64,000 nt of DNA from Hyaloraphidium curvatum SAG 235-1. Taxonomy: Eukaryota > Fungi > Monoblepharomycota. A program made the position numbers and the translations under genes. Shown here piece by piece: positions 56,603 through 64,000 of the stretch. Where the stretch lies: the NCBI GenBank assembly GCA_025558095.1, contig JAIVFI010000005.1:62001-126000 (forward strand), written 5' to 3'. Numbering within the stretch: position 1 is the first letter of the stretch; each line of letters starts with the position of its first letter. The notes below the pieces were generated by a model. That model was given only the letters and a program-made list of their open reading frames with translations, was not told the DNA's origin and did not search any database.

Positions 56603-58346
56603 ATGGCAGATGCCACGTATAACACGCGGTCGCGCAAGGGCGGCGGCGGAGGGGCTCCGGTGGACACAGGGCCGCCCGTCGGTTGGGACTGCGACCATCC
56701 TCCTGGGGAAGCACCTGCACGCAAGCGGGCCAGGAAACACCGCGATGTGGCCGCTGGAGATCAAGTGGATACCGTGAGCACCGCTTTTGAGCTCATTTAG
56801 TGCTCAACTCATCGAGTGCCGCCCGCCGGTCGTCGCGGTTTCGCGCGTGGCTCCGAAACTTGCAGAACGAGATGGAGAGCGGAGTTCGCCTTCCCCCGGA
56901 GATTATCGCGAAGATAATCGAGTAAGAACGATTGAATGGCGTTCCCTCGGGCGCCTCCTAACGAGGGCCCGCCCAGCTTCGCTCTTCCGCCGTGCCGACT
57001 GCGGCCCGACTACATCCACCACACCGAGTGTATGTGTCCAGAGTGCTTTTGCTCCTGCGAGAAGAATCATGGACTGGCGGTGAAGCTCTGCCGAGTTAGC
57101 TTCGCCTTCTACGAACTTGCGCGGCGGCGGATATGGTCTTGCGTTGGCATCGACTGGTCGGGAAAGCGTCTTCAGACGCTGGTGAACGGGCTCAACAAGA
57201 AGGGAACCAAGGGACGGTCCCACCCGATCGCCGAAAGCCGTATGTTCTTCTTCCGGCCAATGGAGGGCAAGGCGCCCGACAAGGAGCTCATCACCAAGGT
57301 GCTCCCTCGATTCGAGGTGCTCACCAACCTGGACATCCCATTCTGCGCTTTTGATGGCTCCCGCTTCAAGTCCAAGGCTCTGGAGAGTCTGACCACCCTT
57401 CGTCTCCTTGGTCCGTTCTCGGGACCGCGCCTGACCGTGCGAGCCTTCCGGCGCATGCCTGCCCTCACGTCGCTTACCATCAGCGGCTCGCCCGTGGGGT
57501 TCACGGAGAAGCTCTCGGACGATCTGACGGCGAATATCCCCGAGAAGGTGGACGACCTGTATTTGGGTCCTTTCTACAGCGAGAACACTCACCCGTCGAC
57601 AATCGAGATCCCTTTCTTCGATCGGCATCTGAAGAGCGTGACGGAAAGGCTGCGGAACCTGACGATGCTGGCCGTTCGCAACTGCGTCACGCTGACGGAC
57701 GAGGCCCTGGGCGACGCGCTGGAGAAGTTTCATTCCCTGGAGGTGCTTGATCTTGGCTACTGCTACGCCGTGACGGACATTGGGTTCGGGCGGCTCTCCA
57801 CGAGCAAGCTGCGCATGCTGTTTCTCGACGGGGCTGTCAACCTGACGGACGAGTCTGTCGTTCCGGCTCTGGAAAAGAACACGGGCCTGGTGGAGCTGAA
57901 GCTCAACGCAACGCGGATCTCGGTAAGCCTGTCGCCGCCTTAGCTTTCGAGCTGTCGCTGATTCGCTCTGCTAGGATCGCTCCGTCGCAGCTATCGGCAA
58001 ACACCTGCCCCGTTTGGTCAACCTCCGCCTCGGCGAAACGGACATCTCGAGCCCGGCGCTCCGGGATCTTTTCTCCACGCCCCGGCCGTACGAGGTGCTC
58101 GACTTCATTCTCGTCGACGGCCTCGACGACGACGTGGTCCGCGCGATGGCGGGCAGCGTACACGCGCTCCGCATCGTCCTGCTGACGGACAATGCGAACT
58201 TGAGGCGGGTGGACACGCTGCTCTACCTCGTGTCGCGCTTCCGGGACACGCTGGAGGAGCTGTTCGTCCACTTGGAGATCGCGGACGATTACTTTGTCGA
58301 GGACGTCAAGAGACTGACACTGGGACGCTGTAAAGTTTACAGATGA
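56603..58346 (+). CDS. F-box/LRR (FBXL-like) protein
   Basis: F-box RLPPEIIAKII in a short exon at ~56866-56922; Cys-containing LRRs (LTMLAVRNCVTLTD, LEVLDLGYCYAVTD). Confidence 0.8.
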
Positions 58347-58470
58347 TGTGGTGCCGCAGGCGTGTAGTCGATTTTGAATGCATGGGATTTGTTTGCGACC
58401 AGCGTTTTGTGGCGGAGGGGCGGCGAGCGCCACGTCACCATCACTTCAGCACCTCCATCCGAAATCCGAA

Positions 58471-59254
58471 ATGTCGTCTCGCCTCGTTCGCATCGCGTTG
58501 CTCCGCCGCTTTCTCGTTTCTCCGCGCCCGCTCGTCCGCACCCTCCTCAACGAGCCGCCGACCCACGCAAAGCCGTCCGAAGTGGACCCAGACCGGAAGA
58601 AGGGCGCCCCGCGCAGCGGCGAGTCGTTCGTCGCCCCGGGCCTGCAGGACAAGCTGCTCGGTGGGCAGCCCGGAGACGGAGGCGGCGGTGACACCGGCGT
58701 GAGGGAGGGCGGCGCGGCGATCGGCGAGTCCAGCGGGACGGCCAAGAGTGCGTCTCCGCTCGCCTGGCGGCCTTTTGCATCCTGACTTCCCGGCGCTACA
58801 CTTTCCAACAGCTTGGTCGGACCCTTCGAGCGAGTACCCCGACGCTCCCGAGATCCCCCAGCCCGGCACCGGCGACGAAGCCACATTCCGGACGCCCCAC
58901 CCCGGATCCCGCGACATACCGCACGACTCGGGCACGGCAGGCCAGGTGCACGGCGACAAGATGGTAGCATCGCGGAGGTCTCGCTTTGCGGGGATGTCGG
59001 GGACGTCGTCCGGGTACATGTCAGTGCCTTGCGAGCCCGATCGATTTTTGCCGCAGGCTGATCCACGCTGCAGGGCCGACGAGGCGGAGATCGGAGCCGG
59101 AAGCACCGACGGATCGGGACGAATCGAGAGCCGGGAGGCAAAGGGGACCAAGGAGGCCATGGGCGACCCCGGTCAGCTGGGTGGCGTTGTCGAAGGCGGA
59201 GGCAGTGACGGGTTGGGAAGCCAAGGTGGGATGCGGGGCAAGGAGAGGGCGTGA
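58471..59254 (+). CDS. Gly-rich hydrophilic disordered protein with mitochondrial-type presequence
   Basis: MSSRLVRIALLRRFLVSPRPLVRTL followed by G/D/E/S-rich sequence; introns at ~58748-58810 and ~59014-59057. Confidence 0.55.
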
Positions 59255-59350
59255 TCCGAAGACGTGGTAGGCGGAGACATTTTGGATTGATGGCAACGAA
59301 GGCGCGCTTGTCCAAAGGCATCTCTTGTCCGCCGTAGCCCACAACTCCGC

Positions 59351-60776
59351 TCAGAAGATGCTCTTGCTGGCGCCGAGGGAAGTCTCCGACTTGAACCCCT
59401 CGGGAACCTCGCACAGGGGCAGCGTGATGGCCGACTCGGGGAACTGCTTCGGGTAGATGGACTTGTCGCCGGTCGGTGTGATGACGGCCTTGTTGTTGGC
59501 CTCCGGGTCCGCCAGGAGCCCGACAAACTCGTCGATCAGGTGGTCCATGTTGACCCAGCCGCCGAGCTGCTTGATGTGGCCGCCCATGAAAGGGGACTTT
59601 TCGACCTCCTCGGGCGGGGCGCGGAAGATGGGGGTCCTGGAAAGAGGAGAAGATTCAGGCTTCGTGAACGAAACGGAGCAGGCAAACAGCAACGACTCAC
59701 CAAACGTACTGCCTCGCCGCAAACATATGTACACACAGAAACGTAGTCGTGGAATAGTGGAGCGCCAAATCAGTGATGTGCTCAAAAAAGTGAAAGATCT
59801 ACCCACGCCAGGCGTGATCGTGTTGATTCGAATCTTGGCAAAGTTCTTGAACAAGGGGAACCCTTCCTTGGCCATCGACGAGACGTTGTGGGCAAAGTGG
59901 TTCAGGGCCTGCCGGCGGAAAAGGGTTCGTGAATAGAGATCATGGAAAGAGCAGCCCCAAACCCACGCATTTGCTCAGCCCGTAAACGGGGATGGGACAG
60001 GGAGCGTAGGCATAGTACGAGACCGTGAAGACGAGCACGCCGTCCCTCCCAGTGTCGTTCCAGTACTTTGCCGCCAGCCTCGCCGAGTAGAGCGGCGCGA
60101 TCAGGTTCAGCTTCAGGTCGTCCAGCCAGCCGTCGTGGAATCCGCCGACGGCGTCGTCCCACTGCAGGAAGGTGTTGCGGTCCGCGGGGGAACCGCCCTA
60201 ATCGCGAGCGTTACGCCGATCAGGTGAGGAAAGGTGGGCGAGGCGATCGTGCCCACCGAGTTGAGCACGAGCCCGTCGTAGCCCCCGAACTTCTCGATGG
60301 CGGTGTTGTGGAGCTTGACGCACTCCTCGTTGTTGGTCACGTCGGTCTCTGCGCGCGCCGTCAGGCACCGATATGGTCGGCCGAGCAGGTAGCCACGAGA
60401 ACGCACTGACGAACAGAAATTCCGATGCCGGGCGCCCGCTGATGGACGCGCAGTCCGCGACGGCCTTCTGGCCGTCGGCTTCGTTCCTGTTTGCGATCAC
60501 GACCTTGGCACCGAGCTTGGCGAGGCGGGTGACGAGCTGGAGGGCGAACACGGGACATTCGCGTCCGGAACAAAGCGAGCACGGGCAAAACAGCGTGAGG
60601 ACAACAAAGGAAACGCCAACCCGAAGTGGAAATCAAGTATCGGGGAAGAACGGGCGGGATAAGCGGCAGGCACTTCGACGCGGAGCGCGTCCTCTTACCG
60701 AGTATCCGATGCCCGTGGAACCTCCGGTCACAACGTAGACCTTCCCCTTCACGTTCTCCTCGTGCGGAACCGGCAT
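59351..60776 (-). CDS. Short-chain dehydrogenase/reductase (15-hydroxyprostaglandin dehydrogenase-like)
   Basis: VYVVTGGSTGIG, GAKVVIANRN, TDVT, DGLVLN, IRINTITPG; many introns. Confidence 0.85.
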
Positions 60777-61239
60777 TCTGACGTGTCGTAGGAGGTTGTC
60801 AGAGGTTGTCAGGCACGTTTTTGTTGCGGTGTCTCCCGGTGGTTCGCCACAGTCGCCGACGGCGCCGCCCGCCGCCAACAAAGGGCCGGACGGGGCGGGC
60901 ACATCAAAACGGATCCATCAGAGCACCGGTATCAAATTCATGAGCACATCAACGCATTTGTTATCCCGATCCGGATCCGGCGTTGATCCATCTGGCCAAT
61001 CGATGCTTCCTCAAATTCCGCAACACGTCAAGGCCGACAGTCCGCGGCCATCCAGTCATGCTACTAATCAGAATGTGCTGATTTTCCTCTTGGAACCCGC
61101 GCTGTCGCCCTCGGTGGACGTTTATGTCGTTGCGCACGATCTCGGGGCCTGCGGAAAGGCGGGCGGGTGCAAGGGCGCAGCGCGAATCAGCGAAGAGAAC
61201 CGCCAACTTCCATCGGCCCCCCTGCCCTCCCTGGACGCG

Positions 61240-62703
61240 ATGGCACCGCTCCTCCTCGCCATCGCGGCGGCGGCCACCCTCCCGCTGCTCGCCCTGCCCG
61301 GGCCGGCGTCAGCGTTCCAGGCGCTGCCCGTCAACTCGTCCCAATACGTTCTGGCCGGCGGCCTCTCCGTCGGCCGCATCTACACCGGCCTCGCCGGCGC
61401 CCGTGGGCTCACCAAGGACCCGCTGAGCGATGGCATTCTGGTGCTCGCGCGGGACACCCGCACCGTGGCCTGCCTGTTCGCCAACCGCACCGACCCCGTG
61501 CTCGCCGTGAACTTCACCGGCCTCGACCCGGCGCCGAACCACGGCATCGCCGTGGACCCCTCGCGCGGGCACATCTACATCTCCTCGCCAGACGCCGTGT
61601 ACCGCTACCCGTGGCAGGGCTGCACCGGCAGCCTCCCGATCTCCTCGCCCCCCGTCAGGGTGGTCTATGGCATCCCGCCAAACGGCCACTTCACGCGCAC
61701 CCTCGAGATCGACCCCGGCCTGCAGACCTTCCTGTATCTCTCGGTCGGCAGCTACGGCAACCTCGTCGCCGGACCGAACCGATCCATCCTGTACCGCTAC
61801 CCGCTGAGCGCCGTTGCCAACATCACCGACTCTTCCTCCGCCCTGCCCTTCCCGCAGGGCGCCGAGGTCGTCGCCACCGGCCTCCGCAACAGCGTCGGCG
61901 TCCGGTTCGGCCCGGGCGGCATCTGGACCGTCGAGAACGGCGCGGACGACCTCGAGCGCGCCGACATCGGCGGCGACATCCACGTCGACAACCCCGGGGA
62001 GGAGATCAACATCGTACCCCTCCCCAACGGCACCAAAGTCCCGGACTACGGCTTCCCCGGCTGCTTCAGCGAGTTCATCCTGCCCGCGCCCTACACCGGC
62101 TTCCGGGGGCAGCAGTGGTCCATCTCGGGCCCCGAATCCACCGCCTCGGCGGCCGCCGACGCCGCGTGCCGCGACCCCTCCCGCAACGTGCCCCCGATCT
62201 ATTTGCTCCCCCCGCACGTCGCCCCGCTCGACGTGGCCATCGCCGACTCCGCAGCGGGCAAGTTCCAGCCCGGGGACGTGCTCGTCTCGGCGCGCGGGAG
62301 CTGGAACCGCCCGCAGCCGCAGGGCTACGCTCTTTATTTGATCCGCGGATTGGCCGCCACCCCCATGGCGCAGAGGGCGCGATACGAGCTGCTCTTCGGC
62401 GAGGCCAACGTCGCGGGGTGCACCAGTTCGGCAAACAGGAACCGGTGCCTGCGCCCCGTGGGCGTGGTGCTTGACAAGGAAGGGGGGGTGTGGGTCAGCA
62501 TGGATTCGGTGGGGCAGGTGGTCCGCCTGGTGCCCGACGCGGGGGCGGCGGGGATCCAGGCGGTGCAGAGCGGGGAGGGGTGGATCCAGAATTCGTCTTC
62601 CGTCGTAACCACGACGAGGCCGAGCGGGGCGGGGAGGGGCGGGGTGTGTCTGATCGCGGCGGTCGGCGCGATCGCCGGCGCGCTGGCGGCCGCCCTGCTA
62701 TGA
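61240..62703 (+). CDS. Secreted, probably GPI-anchored PQQ-dependent sugar dehydrogenase (AA12 / sorbosone dehydrogenase-like beta-propeller)
   Basis: Signal peptide, NHGI, GHFTRTL, SVGS.GN, GLRNSVG, VENGAD, DNPGEEIN, YGFPGC, HVAPL, GSWNR, RPVG; hydrophobic C-terminal tail; intronless. Confidence 0.88.
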   Translation: MAPLLLAIAAAATLPLLALPGPASAFQALPVNSSQYVLAGGLSVGRIYTGLAGARGLTKDPLSDGILVLARDTRTVACLFANRTDPVLAVNFTGLDPAPNHGIAVDPSRGHIYISSPDAVYRYPWQGCTGSLPISSPPVRVVYGIPPNGHFTRTLEIDPGLQTFLYLSVGSYGNLVAGPNRSILYRYPLSAVANITDSSSALPFPQGAEVVATGLRNSVGVRFGPGGIWTVENGADDLERADIGGDIHVDNPGEEINIVPLPNGTKVPDYGFPGCFSEFILPAPYTGFRGQQWSISGPESTASAAADAACRDPSRNVPPIYLLPPHVAPLDVAIADSAAGKFQPGDVLVSARGSWNRPQPQGYALYLIRGLAATPMAQRARYELLFGEANVAGCTSSANRNRCLRPVGVVLDKEGGVWVSMDSVGQVVRLVPDAGAAGIQAVQSGEGWIQNSSSVVTTTRPSGAGRGGVCLIAAVGAIAGALAAALL

Positions 62704-62930
62704 GACCAACGGGGGGATCTGGATATCGTTGGATGCGAACTATCTGCACTGTTTATGAACTATAGAGCCGATCATCGTTTGCCACAGCACGTTGGCCCGT
62801 ACGGCGTGCCGGGACGCCGGGTAAACAGACGAACCAAAGCTCCGCTGCTGCCCCCCAACAGCATCCTGCAAGCCCGGGAGCGGGCGCACGAATCCTGCCC
62901 GTCCACTCCGCGTGCTGCTCGAGGGCCACG

Positions 62931-64000
62931 ATGCAGGCCGTCAGGCTCCACGGTCCCCGCGACGTCCGCCTGGACACGGACGTGCCCGACCCCGGGCCGC
63001 CGGGGCCGGGGCAGGTGCTCGTCGCCCCGCGGCGGGTCGGGATCTGCGGCAGCGACATACACATCTGGAAATCGGACGTGGGTCCTTCCCCCGTCGCTTT
63101 CCGGGCACGGGTCTGATCCCGCGGCGTTCCGCAGTACGGCGAGATCCCCGCCTCCGCGATGCCCTTCCGGATGGGTCACGAAGCCTCGGGGGTCGTGCAG
63201 GCCGTCGGCGAGGGCGTGGAGGGGTTCGCCGTGGGGGACAGGGTGGCGGTGGAGCCCATGAGCATGGACCTCCTCGCCGAGCGCTTCCTGATCCCGGCAA
63301 CCCGGCTCCACAAGATGGCTGACAGCGTGAGCTTCGAGGAGGGCGCCATGTGCGAGCCCCTGGCGGTGTCGTACAGGGCGGTCAACCTCGCGGGGGTGAA
63401 GGAGGGCGACAACGTGCTGGTCATCGGCGCCGGACCGATCGGGCTGTTGGCCTTGGTGGCTGCCAAGGCGCGGAAGCCGGCGCGGGTGGTGGTCGCGGAC
63501 GTGAAGCAGGGGCGGTTGGAGACGGCGGAAAAGTTCGGCGCGGACGGGCTGGCGGACACGGCGGGGCTGGAACCCGCCGAGGCGGCCGGGAAATGCGCCG
63601 CGGCGTTCGACGGGAAGCCGATCGACGTGGTGATCGATGCGGCAGGGCACGCGTCGACGGTGGATGCGGCGTGCATCGCGGTCAAGCCGAGGGGGGTGGT
63701 GGTGCTGGTCGGCATCGCGACGATCAAGGGGGAGTTCAACTACAGTGGGTGCCCCGCCGCCGGACCGCGCTTGGAAGCCGGCTGAACCCGGTTCGGCTCG
63801 CAGTGAGGCTGGTCCAGAAGGAGGTCGACCTCCGCGGCTCCTTCGCCTACCGCGATAGGGACTACGCAGACTCGCTTGCGCTCATGGCCGAGGGCAAGGT
63901 GGACATCAAGGCGCTGGCCTCCCACGTGGTGGACATGGCGGATGCCCAGAAGGCGTACGGGTGGTGCGAAAAGGGCGAGGACGACGAGGGCAAGGCCGTG
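62931..64000 (+). CDS. Zn-dependent polyol (sorbitol/xylitol-type) dehydrogenase, runs off window
   Basis: [38 protein letters not shown]. Confidence 0.9.

Noticed and set aside
1-64000. tRNA, rRNA, snRNA, TPP riboswitch and introner-like repeated introns
   Set aside because: No diagnostic motifs recognised by eye, and the introns I compared were not similar to each other; a covariance-model scan would be needed to exclude these fully.

Overview
Eukaryotic, GC-rich, gene-dense DNA with many short (~45-110 nt) GT-AG introns. A division-1 chitin synthase, a fungal-type C2H2 transcription factor and expanded intronless F-box genes point to a fungus. An early-diverging (chytrid/monoblepharid-like) lineage is my inference and is not verified. 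I reconstructed about 35 protein-coding genes by joining ORF-track fragments across introns; many long ORFs in the track are GC-driven antisense shadows. I found no rRNA, tRNA, CRISPR array or transposase. Most notable: (i) a bacterial-type class III polyphosphate kinase 2 with 5 spliceosomal introns and an added Lys/Glu tail, next to a mitochondrial phosphate carrier; (ii) a membrane protein whose C-terminal half resembles the insect gustatory-receptor-like (7TMIC) fold; (iii) an inverted pair of intronless F-box paralogues with duplicated upstream sequence, bracketing a secreted YfaP-like/leishmanolysin protease; (iv) candidate GST-ChrA-OsmC-P450 and fucosidase/AA12/dehydrogenase neighbourhoods. 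All family calls come from motif recognition by eye, not database searches. Gene spans include introns, and internal exon boundaries are approximate.
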